In this document: piece by piece, positions 44,091 to 54,258 of the stretch
How the letters are laid out: every line of letters begins with the position of its first letter
Numbering within the stretch: position 1 is the first letter of the stretch
Virus record (IMG/VR): IMGVR_UViG_3300028908_000012
Span: 1-54,710 of that record
Source: a virus
Lineage: Duplodnaviria; Caudoviricetes
Strand: one strand, 5' to 3'
DNA: 54,710 nt
The notes under the pieces: model-generated
What the model saw: only the letters and a program-made list of their open reading frames with translations
Told to the model about the DNA's origin: nothing
Databases searched by the model: none
Translations under genes and position numbers: made by a program

Positions 44091-45752
44091 TTAGAGAGCA
44101 AGACCGTCTTTAATGGTCTCATTATCGTAAGTATCGTCATCAAGCCCGAAATATCCGTATCTATACATAAATTCAGCATTGGATTTGATAATTCCGAGCC
44201 AATTAGCCTGACAGTTATATCGGAGGCAATCAGCGGGGTGAGACCATCTGTCATGTACATCCTTATCGGTATATACATTATTGATTTTATCATACTTTTT
44301 CTTGTAATTTTGGAGTGTGAGTCTCATCAATCCGCACTCAGTGCTGAAATACATACGAGGTACTAACTCCCTGACTCTGTTGATGTGATCAACTATTCTA
44401 TGAGGTTTATCGAGAACGATAACACGGCAACCGCCTTTTTGAGCTGCCCACCTTCCGACTTGGGTATATACCGTCTCATTAGCAGAAATATGTCGAGCCA
44501 CTGAGTCATGAGGCAATATAACCAACCCGACTTCCCAATTACGATCATTTAACTCGTCATCTATTGCTTTTAGCCACCACGAGATAGGACGATCGCCACC
44601 TTCTTTATATAAGAGGTATCTATCACGGCTTCCGTGCTGACTAAAAAGTATAGAGGTATAATCATCGACACCTAAATCAAAGGTGATACAGACCTTGTAA
44701 TCAGGGTCATATAAATCACTCATACGACAGCCAAATCGACCAGCTCCCACAAGGAACTGATATTCATTCTTATACCATGTGCCTTCAACTGAGGTATAAA
44801 AGGCATCCTCAGGTACTGCGGGATATTCTCTGAGAATGAGGTCAAGAGACCTGCCTAACTCTTTAAATTTGATAGCCCACCACCATTTACGGCGGTCATC
44901 TATTTTACCTACCTTCTCTTCTAACTCTTTGAAGTATTCTCTACCTACATTATCGAGTTCCACTCTGTCATCAGATACACAGTCCGCATCTGATAACCAA
45001 GATAAGAAGACAGGGTGGAATGAGCCGACTCCTCCCCCTCCATCCTCTACCGCACTATCCCACATATACTTAAAGTCGTTGTCGCCTTCTGCTGTACTCT
45101 CTATGACGATCCAATTCATCATATCAGGCAATATAGCCTGTAAAGTTCCCGACCTTGTTTCATCTGCTCTGTCAGGGTATTTTGAGGTGATTTTGGCGTA
45201 TTCGGAGATGTGAAGCATCTGTAATGTTCCAGACCTGAACGAGAGTTGGATGTATAACTTGCTCCTGTTACTCCACTCAAAGGTCTTTGTATTGTCCTTG
45301 ACCGTGCTGACTTTGAGCCATTCAATCACCTCTTTAGGCATATTTTCCCACGCTAATTTGACTTTATCGAATAAGTTTTCCATTTCTTTTTCACCCTGAG
45401 CCATCATACCGCCTTCTACACCGTCGTAGAAGATAGCACGATCGAGGTAATTAAGAAGCATGAAGGTTGATATACCCCTCTGACGACTCTTCAATATGAT
45501 CAATCGGGGGTGGGATAGTAGTTCACTATATACTATATGCTGAGCTTCATTCATTACAAACCGGCGGAGTTTGCCTCGCTTATCTTTAATAGTATATAAA
45601 GCGTTCATTCTCCATAGTTTGTTAGGTAGATACCTGTTGATGAACTCTACATCTGTCTTAGGAGGCCTTACCATAACCTCCCAATCTACTTTATGAGAGT
45701 ACAACTCCCATAACCAAGTGGCATCAAAAGGGGTGAACCCGCCTTCATACAA
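44091..45752 (-). CDS. terL: Terminase large subunit
   Basis: ILKSRQRGIST, LHISEY, ESTAEG, REYP, FDLGVDD, LPHD, HPADCLRY. Confidence 0.95.
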   Translation of the reverse strand: MYEGGFTPFDATWLWELYSHKVDWEVMVRPPKTDVEFINRYLPNKLWRMNALYTIKDKRGKLRRFVMNEAQHIVYSELLSHPRLIILKSRQRGISTFMLLNYLDRAIFYDGVEGGMMAQGEKEMENLFDKVKLAWENMPKEVIEWLKVSTVKDNTKTFEWSNRSKLYIQLSFRSGTLQMLHISEYAKITSKYPDRADETRSGTLQAILPDMMNWIVIESTAEGDNDFKYMWDSAVEDGGGGVGSFHPVFLSWLSDADCVSDDRVELDNVGREYFKELEEKVGKIDDRRKWWWAIKFKELGRSLDLILREYPAVPEDAFYTSVEGTWYKNEYQFLVGAGRFGCRMSDLYDPDYKVCITFDLGVDDYTSILFSQHGSRDRYLLYKEGGDRPISWWLKAIDDELNDRNWEVGLVILPHDSVARHISANETVYTQVGRWAAQKGGCRVIVLDKPHRIVDHINRVRELVPRMYFSTECGLMRLTLQNYKKKYDKINNVYTDKDVHDRWSHPADCLRYNCQANWLGIIKSNAEFMYRYGYFGLDDDTYDNETIKDGLAL

Positions 45753-46014
45753 GCCGAAGACAGCCCTTAAAGCGGCTTAGTTCGGTATTGCTGACGGCAT
45801 CTGTATCACCTCCGAACTCTTTGGTGATCTGTCTTATGAGAGAGGCTGTACGAACGAGGGAGTCGCTGTTGAGTTTGCCTTCATCAATTTTTGATTTTAG
45901 ACTATGGATGATCGTCGCAAGGCTTTCCTGCGATGTGCGGGTTATTGCTCTGCGTAGCTCTCCGCTATCTACTGTAAAACCATTCTCCATTTGAGCTATG
46001 AGGTTATCTAACAT
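45745..46014 (-). CDS. Putative terminase small subunit
   Basis: 89-aa helical protein directly upstream of and overlapping terL. Confidence 0.55.
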   Translation of the reverse strand: MLDNLIAQMENGFTVDSGELRRAITRTSQESLATIIHSLKSKIDEGKLNSDSLVRTASLIRQITKEFGGDTDAVSNTELSRFKGCLRLV

Positions 46015-46050
46015 TTTTAATCCTTTTTGTGAAAATTTTGTTCAAAACTA

Positions 46051-46079
46051 TTGACATTATATCAAAAATGGGCTATAAT
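46051..46079 (+). promoter_or_regulatory. Perfect-consensus sigma70 promoter, overlapping a minus-strand TATAAT (46056-46061) for terS/terL
   Basis: TTGACA-N17-TATAAT. Confidence 0.85.
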
Positions 46080-46085
46080 ACATTC

Positions 46086-46222
46086 AAGTTTATACATTTT
46101 ACTTTATAGAACCATACACTTTTTAGTTTTGGGGTAGGTTTTCCGCCTCCTTATCCTGCCCTTAAAACACCTCCAGAACAAAATCTCCATTGACTTTTAA
46201 TACTGTTTATGCTAACCTCCTT
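46086..46222 (+). ncRNA. Candidate sRNA or leader with anti-Shine-Dalgarno loops
   Basis: Hairpin 46126-46168 with loop CCGCCUCCUU; further ACCUCC, UCUCC and ACCUCCUU; downstream of a perfect promoter. Confidence 0.45.
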
Positions 46223-46249
46223 GCAATTTGGCAGTTATTTAGCTATACT
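46190..46249 (+). promoter_or_regulatory. Two further tandem sigma70-like promoters for the structural operon
   Basis: TTGACT-N17-TAACCT (46190-46218) and TTGCAA-N17-TATACT (46221-46249). Confidence 0.6.
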
Positions 46250-46281
46250 ACTCATATTTTAATATATGAAAGGATAGAGAG

Positions 46282-46716
46282 ATGACACAAGACAACCCAT
46301 CATTTATAGATGAGGCTGTAAAAGCCTATGCAAGTAAGTTGATTGTAGTGCCTGAGATGACTCCGGAGTTACAGGAGTTGTCAGTGAATAACCCGACTGA
46401 GTTTGCTGATAAGTATAATGCCCTCAAAAGCGAGGAGTTTAACGCAAAAGTAGCTGAGTATAGGGAGACGCTAGAGAACGCTATAAAGATGCAACAGCAG
46501 CAGTCTCAACAGCAGCCACAACAACAGCAACAGCCGCAGCAGCCACAAGGCACTGACGATAATAACAGCGGTACAGATGAGAACGATAATAACGGCGGTA
46601 CTCCACAGTTCGACCCTGTAAGGGCAACGATGGATGATATACCATTAACAGACGAGGATATAAAACAAATCCAAAGGAAGGTTGGTAATGATGTAGATTT
46701 AACAGAATATTTCTGA
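46282..46716 (+). CDS. Capsid scaffolding protein
   Basis: Acidic, helical, poly-Gln linker; directly upstream of the capsid gene. Confidence 0.6.
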   Translation: MTQDNPSFIDEAVKAYASKLIVVPEMTPELQELSVNNPTEFADKYNALKSEEFNAKVAEYRETLENAIKMQQQQSQQQPQQQQQPQQPQGTDDNNSGTDENDNNGGTPQFDPVRATMDDIPLTDEDIKQIQRKVGNDVDLTEYF

Positions 46717-46766
46717 CTTTATATTTCTGACCTTGCCGAGCAAAATAAATTAGAAAGAGGTTAAAA

Positions 46767-47969
46767 ATGCCACCTGTATATACACCAGATAACGGAAGCT
46801 TTGCTCCCGCAAATAACAGTGTAAACCAAACATCGCAACTAAATTTAAATGACCCTTTAGAGAGAAAAAGATGGGTCAAGCAACAAATGGTGATTGCTGC
46901 CAATGACAGAGCTAATCTGTTCAGAGGCTATGTAGGCAATTCAGCTCAATCTATTATATATAGAAGTTCATTTACGAACAGTAACGCTATGCAGAGTGTT
47001 ATATTTGATTTTGATGGCTTCTTGTCAAATCCTCCTATCGTTGGTAAGCAAAGAGCGATTGGAAAAGGGGAGAGCCAAAAATACTTCTCTGATCAACTCC
47101 ACCTTAATTTCTATCGTTTTGTAAGAGACAACGGATGGAGAGTTGAAGCGTCGGCGTGGGATAAAGTAAACAACACAAAACATACTTACGCAATGAGCCA
47201 ACTTGCAAATCTAAATACAAGATTTTACTCTCAAACGCTTTCCGATGCGTTTCAAGGATTTTTGGTAGGTTGTGAGCCTACTCATGTTATCAGACCAAAC
47301 GGAAAAGGTACTACAACAGCATTGACAAGTGCCGATAAACCATCACTATCGTTCTTAAGAAAGATAGAGGAAGTTTGTCAAATGGGTTGGGGCTTTAGCT
47401 CAGGAACAACAGAAACGAGATTGCCACTAATTCCGGGAACTGCATCAGGTAGATACACCTTGCTTGTAGATCAACTATTTCCAATTCTAGTTAGAGAAGA
47501 TGCAGATTTCCAAGAGCTTATCAAACACAGTGATGTAAGAGGTAATCAAAACAGAAATATCAGAGGTTATATCGGTACTATCGGAAACCTAGATATTGTA
47601 ACTGTTCCAATGGCTCATGGATTTATGGTAAGCAGAAATTTCGGTGGTTCAGGTGTAATGCTACCGGGATTTAGATTTATGAATAAAAATGGGAAAATTA
47701 CGGGAGAAAAAGGTTTTGATGTAAAATCAGACCTCATAGGAAGAGGTGTTATAATCGGACAATCTGCTCTTAGATTAGCTTCAGGTGCATCTCCTGATTA
47801 TGTCTATGAAGAATATGATGCCAAAGAATTTTCTGAGTCTGTACTCAGAGCATTTTTGAATGTAGCTCCTGTAAAATACAAAGAACATAATGGCAATTAT
47901 GCCACTAAAGTAACCGATTATAATTTTGGTATGATACATATCGAATACTATATCGGTAAAAGAGCATAG
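46767..47969 (+). CDS. Major capsid protein (DUF4043/N4-gp56-like HK97 fold)
   Basis: 400 aa; FDFDGFL..IVGK..IGKGE..SDQL pattern, RG..N..GYIGTIGN, IIGQSAL. Confidence 0.8.
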   Translation: MPPVYTPDNGSFAPANNSVNQTSQLNLNDPLERKRWVKQQMVIAANDRANLFRGYVGNSAQSIIYRSSFTNSNAMQSVIFDFDGFLSNPPIVGKQRAIGKGESQKYFSDQLHLNFYRFVRDNGWRVEASAWDKVNNTKHTYAMSQLANLNTRFYSQTLSDAFQGFLVGCEPTHVIRPNGKGTTTALTSADKPSLSFLRKIEEVCQMGWGFSSGTTETRLPLIPGTASGRYTLLVDQLFPILVREDADFQELIKHSDVRGNQNRNIRGYIGTIGNLDIVTVPMAHGFMVSRNFGGSGVMLPGFRFMNKNGKITGEKGFDVKSDLIGRGVIIGQSALRLASGASPDYVYEEYDAKEFSESVLRAFLNVAPVKYKEHNGNYATKVTDYNFGMIHIEYYIGKRA

Positions 47970-47978
47970 GAGTAAACA

Positions 47979-48467
47979 ATGGCAACAGATTACAATCTTA
48001 TCAACAGAGATAAAAACAACAATCAGAACCCTGTTATAGCTATCACAGGACAGGTCTCAGTAAAGCAACCGGGAACTATTGTATATCAAAACGGTGTTAC
48101 CACAGACGAACATGGTAATATCGTACCCGTAAGCGGAGATGTATATTTGAAAAAAGATGACACTGTAAAAGTTATAAGAGTAGCCGCAGGGCATCTTATT
48201 AAAACTATTACAGCTGTCATAGTTGACCCATACAATAAAAATACTACAATGAAAGTAACTGACTCAAACGGAGATGTATTATTCGCTTCTCTTAATGCGT
48301 CTGATACTGTATGTAAGACCACTGTAAAAGAGTTAAATAAGTATGTAGATACTGCTTATGATATTACAGTCGAGATTACAGCTATGGCAGATCAGGCGAC
48401 ATCAGGTCAAGTTATTCTTGTAGTAGATGGCATTGAATTAGGAGTCCAGACTTATATGTTTGGATAA
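47979..48467 (+). CDS. Capsid decoration/cement protein
   Basis: 162 aa, beta-rich, immediately after the capsid gene. Confidence 0.5.
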   Translation: MATDYNLINRDKNNNQNPVIAITGQVSVKQPGTIVYQNGVTTDEHGNIVPVSGDVYLKKDDTVKVIRVAAGHLIKTITAVIVDPYNKNTTMKVTDSNGDVLFASLNASDTVCKTTVKELNKYVDTAYDITVEITAMADQATSGQVILVVDGIELGVQTYMFG

Positions 48468-48472
48468 CAGTT

Positions 48473-49228
48473 ATGTATCAAAGCGTAAATGATCTAATCA
48501 AAGCCATCAGGGTAATAGTAGGAGATGCTAATGAAAGTGTAGGCGGACGACAGCGATATGCTGACAGTGATATTATCCGTGAAATAAATGATGGACTTTT
48601 ACATCTTCTTACTATTGACGACACTCTCTTTGCTAGGGAGGGTGTCGTTACCCTTGAAGAAAAAGCAGATGAATTTAAATTACCGAGTAAAGCGGTAAGA
48701 ATTATCGAATTCAAAGATAAAACGCCTATAAAAGAGATTTCAGAGTATGATGGTATTACACCTTACTCACCACAGACTTGTGATATAGACTCCATAAGAG
48801 CAATGATGAGAAGTGAGGAGGGGTCGGAACTATTAGCCGTTTATAAAGACGGAAATAAGTATAGACCTTACCCTACGCTTGTTAATCCGGCTGCAAAGTA
48901 TGTGATACAGCAATGCGACACATCAGAGGGGTCTGTAAGCGGAGTTGTTATAGATGATAAGTTAACCACAGGTTTAGGAATGGTATGGCTACCAAAGGTA
49001 GTACAATTCAAAGCTGTATTATCTTATCTTCCTGAATTTATGGTGGAAGGTAGTCAAATACCGGAATACCCTTATAAAAAGATGGAGTTGTTATATGCCT
49101 TACGGTGGTATGCAGCTTCAAATATATTACTATATAACAGTAATCAGGAGAATGTAAACAAAGCTACTTTGTTGAATAGTAGGTATCAACAGGCAGTAGC
49201 ACTTATAAAAGCTAAAAGAGGTAACTAA
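48473..49228 (+). CDS. Head-tail adaptor protein
   Basis: IRVIVGD..RYADSDIIREINDG..FKLP..YP..ALRWYAA pattern of podovirus adaptors. Confidence 0.7.
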   Translation: MYQSVNDLIKAIRVIVGDANESVGGRQRYADSDIIREINDGLLHLLTIDDTLFAREGVVTLEEKADEFKLPSKAVRIIEFKDKTPIKEISEYDGITPYSPQTCDIDSIRAMMRSEEGSELLAVYKDGNKYRPYPTLVNPAAKYVIQQCDTSEGSVSGVVIDDKLTTGLGMVWLPKVVQFKAVLSYLPEFMVEGSQIPEYPYKKMELLYALRWYAASNILLYNSNQENVNKATLLNSRYQQAVALIKAKRGN

Positions 49229-50146
49229 ATGGTACCATTTTATACAAAAATTGGAATGGAACAGCTCCTACTCGGAGTAGGAACTGAGATAGTTACACTC
49301 CCAGATGGATCACAGCAGACATTGACTAAAATTTCGGCGAAGGATTTTCCTTACGACTCTACACGCACAGTGCATGATGTCTATGACGAGCTGATGAACA
49401 ATCCCAACATTAAAACTTTAGCAGATAATGTTCAAGAGTTGAAGAAGTTACTCGACTTGTCCGATGATATTCTCCCTATGACGAATTATAGAGAGGACAT
49501 AGAGAAGGTAAGCGATAATGTAATAGCAGTGCAAAGGGTAGCTACTATTGTAGATCAAATCGGATGCTTTCTACACGATGTAGCTAATCTAAAGAGTCTG
49601 ACAGAGACTACATTATGCAAGTACAACAAGGCGGATGAAGAGTTAAAACTTGCAGAATGTAAAGTAGAGAAGGCACAGAGTCTTTTAGATCAGATGTCAA
49701 GTTCGTTATGCACCGCTAAGAAGATGTACGAGGAGTTTCGCAACTTTCTATCTTGTACAGAGGACGCTGCAAGGAAGGCGCAAGAACTTGTAGATATCAT
49801 GTGTTATCCTGTCGAGATAGTGTGGACGAATGACGACAACAAGTCCACATACATAGATCGTGTAAACAAGAAGATAATCTTGTACATACCTGTAAAGGTC
49901 AATCGTTGGGTGCTTAAATCCAAATGGAGTGAACAGAAGAATTCACAAGGTGAATATGTAGGATATGTTGAAACGAGACCTGATAGTCAAGAGATGACAT
50001 TCTACATACCACCTGTATGCGATAATATGCCTAAGCAAGATACGGATTTTCAACAATGGGGTCAATATCTTATAGGTACACAAACACAGCCGTTAGTCTT
50101 TACAGCTAACGACACACAAAATGAACAAATTATAATAGGAGGCTAA
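49229..50146 (+). CDS. Tail-associated coiled-coil protein
   Basis: N-terminal KIGMEQLLLG..TKISAKDFP motif, central coiled coil, two short C-terminal repeats ending YIP. Confidence 0.5.
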   Translation: MVPFYTKIGMEQLLLGVGTEIVTLPDGSQQTLTKISAKDFPYDSTRTVHDVYDELMNNPNIKTLADNVQELKKLLDLSDDILPMTNYREDIEKVSDNVIAVQRVATIVDQIGCFLHDVANLKSLTETTLCKYNKADEELKLAECKVEKAQSLLDQMSSSLCTAKKMYEEFRNFLSCTEDAARKAQELVDIMCYPVEIVWTNDDNKSTYIDRVNKKIILYIPVKVNRWVLKSKWSEQKNSQGEYVGYVETRPDSQEMTFYIPPVCDNMPKQDTDFQQWGQYLIGTQTQPLVFTANDTQNEQIIIGG

Positions 50147-50150
50147 TAAT

Positions 50151-53100
50151 ATGGCTTGGAAATGGTTTGTATCAGCAGGTACTATGACAGAGGATGCGGG
50201 TAAGTTAGTATTTGATGCCACATCTGTACCTGATGATGTAAAACGAGTATGGGGATTTAAGTCGCAGGATGACGGTTTGCCTGAATTCTTTAAAATAAAT
50301 ATAACTAGAGATACGCTACCTGAACCAACACTTACACCCACACCGTCAAATACTGATTTGGATACAGGAGAAGAGCTGACTATCAATATAGACAACTACG
50401 ATCCCGAGAACGACTATATCATAGATACAGGCGTACTTGAGTTGGTATCGTTCAGCGGTGGTGTGCTAAAGGTTAAATACGGGTTATATGGTGTAGATAG
50501 CTCAACTCAAATCGTAGTTAAGGCTATTAGACAGAATTACAACCCTTCTCCTACAGCAAAATTGACTGTAACACTTACTAAAACAGATGTAAGTGGTGGT
50601 GTTACTGTGAGACAAGATATTAGGGATAAAACCTCTGCATCTGATAAAGAGGTAGTATCAGAGTATGGGCTTAGGACTGTAATAGATAACTTATCTAAAC
50701 TTGCAATTAAGTCGTTCACAACTGATGATGTAAATAAAAAATACATCATAGAGTTGGAAGACGGAACTAAATACACAGCGGACTACAAGGGCGGAGTTAT
50801 TGTTACATCAGTGAGAGACAGTGCATCTGCGGAAGATACTGTAATCCCGTCAGAGAAGGCTGTACGCACGGAGTTAGATAAGAAGCACACAGCTGTAACA
50901 GGTGCAAAGCTTGTTAAAGAGTTTAAATCTGACTCAACAGAACACACTATTACCATAGTGTACGAGGACAACACTGAAACAGTGTTAGATTTAGACGATA
51001 TAGCAGTGGATATTCATGCAGATAGTGCTACGTACGACAGTGGTACATTGAAGTTAAAAGATGAAAATAGCAACGAGCTTGTATCTATAAGCATTAACAA
51101 TGTCGATACTATCGAGAACGACAAGGCTAATAAGAAGCTAATATTTACAAAGGCGGACGGTACAACTAAGACTGAAATAGCGTACGCAGATTTAATTGAT
51201 TTGGTTACAACTGTAAATGCTAATCCAACAGCTGCAAGTACAACACAAGCAGCGACAGAGGCAGCTGTGTCTGCGGCTGTTAAGGCTAACAAAGATAAGC
51301 TTGTCAAGTCCTATACGAAGGACGACACAAACAGTAAGTACATAATAGAGTTGAACGACGGAACTAAGTTAGAGGTAGCGTTCAACGAGATTGATCCTGT
51401 TACAGCGGTACGAGACAGTTCCACAGCTACAAATGACGACATACCGTCAGAGTTAGCAGTTAGAACAGAACTTGACAAGAAAGTAGATAAAACAGTTATA
51501 AAGACCGATATAAATGACAGTGATGATGAACTTGCTACAAGCAAGGCAGTTAAGACAGCATTGAACACTAAGGTAGATAAGGTTACAGGCGCTAAGTTGG
51601 TGAAGGATTTTACAGCCGATACGACCGAACATACTTTAACCATTACATTTGCAGATGACACTAAGAAAACCATAGACCTTGACGATGTTGTAGTAGATAT
51701 ATATGTAAAAGACGGAACATACAACAATGGCACTTTGAAGCTTAAGGACGAGGATGGGAATGAGCTTGTTTCAGTTGACATTAACAACATTAAAACAGTT
51801 GAGAACGATGCAGCCAATAAGAAGTTAGTATTTACTTCTTCTGACGGAACATCCAAGACTGAAATAGCTTGGATAGACATTATAGCGCACATTGAAAGCG
51901 TCAGAGCGTCTGATGCCGCAGAAGACAACATATTCCCTTCAGAGAAGGCTGTAAGAACGGCTATTGACAACGCAGCCGAAAGAACCGTTAAGTCGTACAG
52001 CAAGGACGATGTAGCTATGCAATACATCATTACACTTGCTAATGACACAGAGCTAAAAGTAGGTTATCCCCCAATGAGAGGTGATGTTAGAGATACTGAC
52101 AATGCGTCCAACACTGAATTTGTCAGTGAGAAAGCGGTAGCGGATCAAGTTAAGGCGCTGTCAGACAAGGACATCAAAGAGTTCAAGAGAGACGACACAA
52201 ACGGTGATTTGATAATCGTGTTCAACGATGACACAGAACTCACAGTTGATCTTGAGCTTGTAGTTGAGAACATAAGGGGCATAGACAATGCCGAAAATGA
52301 CAAAGTTCCAACAGAGTTAGCAGCAGCAATAGGAGATTACAAGGCGCGTTACAGATTTAAAAATGTGTATGAGTTCCCCGATGATCTTCCAACAGATGAA
52401 TGTAAAGCAGAGGTGGAGTACGCATGGGTAGATAAAGCTAAGGGTGGTAAACATAGAGGCTTTTACATGAGAACGAACGGGCAAACCGCTTGGCTATATG
52501 TGTATGACAAGAACATTGTAGAGTATGACGATGACACTCAAAGCGCTAAGCTTGTAATGAACAACTCTAATGTTTTAGAGTGGAAAGGTGATTTACCACA
52601 AGCGAGGACTTTCTACCCCATGTATCACAATGCCACACAAGGCTTTAAGAAGGTAGCGATTACTGGCGAGAACACTATCAGTGATACAAACGGAAATATC
52701 AATCTTGCTCCGGTGTTTTATTTCACTAACAACGGAGTTAAAAAGGCGAATATGCGACCACTTCCAAGTGATGGAAGTCAAGACCACTTAATTGGGCATA
52801 CCTTCATGGTGTTCAATGACGGTCTTACATTTAACACTGTTGTATCCTTCATTGACGGTTGTAAATGTTTACAAGCAGGTGGAGATATTAGACTATCAGG
52901 ATATATGGATGGTTATACATTCATGTGGATGGCAAGAGATGAGGTTGCTATCATTGGTAAGAATTACATTAACACAACAACAGGTATGGTTCCAAGTGTG
53001 TATAATGTATTGAGACACTCTTCTTGGACAGAGACTCTTTATCTACCACTTGATGGTGTTGTAAGAGAAGTAACTAAGAATAAAGAGTGGATGCAACAAA

Positions 53101-53753
53101 AGATGTCAGCTGGAACATTCGTTTGGAGAAAAGGTGCATCATGGAATCAAACAGGATGGTTTGCAAGAAGAGCTTGGAAGAATTACCTTAAAGCATACAA
53201 CAACTCAAATGGTGTATGGTTAGGTAAACGAGATTGGATCATATCTTTCTGGGTACAACCTGAGAACTTAGACCAAAATTACTTCTTAGGAAGTTTCTCA
53301 GACTCCAATTCTAACAATGATTGTCTTGTTGTAGGATGGAGAACTACAGATAAGTTCTGGGTATCCTTTGAAAATGGTCATGCAAATGGTGGATATGTAA
53401 GCCTTGATCAGTCTAAGTTTACAAGTGCTCCTCATCATTTCTGTTTACTCCACGATACATCAGACTTGAAGACAAGAGTGTATGTTGATGGAGTGTATAA
53501 AGGCAACATAAGCTCATACGATGCACAATTCAATGGTTATTTAACAATCGTAGGTGGTTCTGTAAACGGAACTATGTATTCTAATGCAACGCTTAGTGAG
53601 GTTAGAGTATATGTTCCTGTTAGTGGTAACGATGCAAACGGAATGGGTGATGGTGGACTTAGAGGAGCTTGGGCTAAAAGATTGTATGAAGCTGGATATA
53701 TCAACTTCAAATACGGCACAAGAGCATATGGCTTAACCCCACAGTTGGGATAA
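50151..53753 (+). CDS. Long tail fibre/receptor-binding protein (allele B), repetitive shaft and LamG-like tip
   Basis: 1200 aa; about eight (S/T)E.AV-type repeats alternating with beta-rich modules; LamG-like C-terminus. Confidence 0.85.
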   Translation: MAWKWFVSAGTMTEDAGKLVFDATSVPDDVKRVWGFKSQDDGLPEFFKINITRDTLPEPTLTPTPSNTDLDTGEELTINIDNYDPENDYIIDTGVLELVSFSGGVLKVKYGLYGVDSSTQIVVKAIRQNYNPSPTAKLTVTLTKTDVSGGVTVRQDIRDKTSASDKEVVSEYGLRTVIDNLSKLAIKSFTTDDVNKKYIIELEDGTKYTADYKGGVIVTSVRDSASAEDTVIPSEKAVRTELDKKHTAVTGAKLVKEFKSDSTEHTITIVYEDNTETVLDLDDIAVDIHADSATYDSGTLKLKDENSNELVSISINNVDTIENDKANKKLIFTKADGTTKTEIAYADLIDLVTTVNANPTAASTTQAATEAAVSAAVKANKDKLVKSYTKDDTNSKYIIELNDGTKLEVAFNEIDPVTAVRDSSTATNDDIPSELAVRTELDKKVDKTVIKTDINDSDDELATSKAVKTALNTKVDKVTGAKLVKDFTADTTEHTLTITFADDTKKTIDLDDVVVDIYVKDGTYNNGTLKLKDEDGNELVSVDINNIKTVENDAANKKLVFTSSDGTSKTEIAWIDIIAHIESVRASDAAEDNIFPSEKAVRTAIDNAAERTVKSYSKDDVAMQYIITLANDTELKVGYPPMRGDVRDTDNASNTEFVSEKAVADQVKALSDKDIKEFKRDDTNGDLIIVFNDDTELTVDLELVVENIRGIDNAENDKVPTELAAAIGDYKARYRFKNVYEFPDDLPTDECKAEVEYAWVDKAKGGKHRGFYMRTNGQTAWLYVYDKNIVEYDDDTQSAKLVMNNSNVLEWKGDLPQARTFYPMYHNATQGFKKVAITGENTISDTNGNINLAPVFYFTNNGVKKANMRPLPSDGSQDHLIGHTFMVFNDGLTFNTVVSFIDGCKCLQAGGDIRLSGYMDGYTFMWMARDEVAIIGKNYINTTTGMVPSVYNVLRHSSWTETLYLPLDGVVREVTKNKEWMQQKMSAGTFVWRKGASWNQTGWFARRAWKNYLKAYNNSNGVWLGKRDWIISFWVQPENLDQNYFLGSFSDSNSNNDCLVVGWRTTDKFWVSFENGHANGGYVSLDQSKFTSAPHHFCLLHDTSDLKTRVYVDGVYKGNISSYDAQFNGYLTIVGGSVNGTMYSNATLSEVRVYVPVSGNDANGMGDGGLRGAWAKRLYEAGYINFKYGTRAYGLTPQLG

Positions 53754-53775
53754 TTAAATTATAAGGAGATAACAC

Positions 53776-54249
53776 ATGAAAGCGATAACTGACAATCAAG
53801 TAATCGAGGCATTGGCACAACTAAAAAGCGACATTCAAAATGGAGAGAAAGCAAACAACATAACAGTTGAGCTGTTAGAGGGAATTAAAGAGGGCGAGGG
53901 TCAAGAAATCTTCGATGCCCTCCTTAATAAGTATGGGCTTCTATCGTATGATGAGGTAGAGGACATTTATACTCTAAACCTAAGTAAGGATATAGTTTAT
54001 GAAATCCAACTTCAAAACCTTTTAACAGACATTGAAGATGGCGCAGATGTCGAGGAGGGTTTCTCTTACACACAGCTATTGCATACTTTGGGTTACGATA
54101 ATGTTACTAATTTGGATAGCGACGGTGCTTTACTGTCTCAACTCGTAGCGTCCATTAACAAAGCAGGGCAGTATAACGCTATTGTAGGAGGATTTGCAAG
54201 AGTAGGGGCTTTATTGCAAGTACTTAAAGATAGAGTAGAAGCAGAATAA
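53776..54249 (+). CDS. Allele B of 1462-1935
   Basis: 3 aa differences in 157. Confidence 0.8.
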   Translation: MKAITDNQVIEALAQLKSDIQNGEKANNITVELLEGIKEGEGQEIFDALLNKYGLLSYDEVEDIYTLNLSKDIVYEIQLQNLLTDIEDGADVEEGFSYTQLLHTLGYDNVTNLDSDGALLSQLVASINKAGQYNAIVGGFARVGALLQVLKDRVEAE

Positions 54250-54258
54250 GGATAAGCA

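Noticed and set aside
51311-52048. 245-aa antisense ORF and other opposite-strand ORFs inside large genes
   Set aside because: Shadow frames of biased-codon genes; Ser/Leu-rich with no recognisable motif
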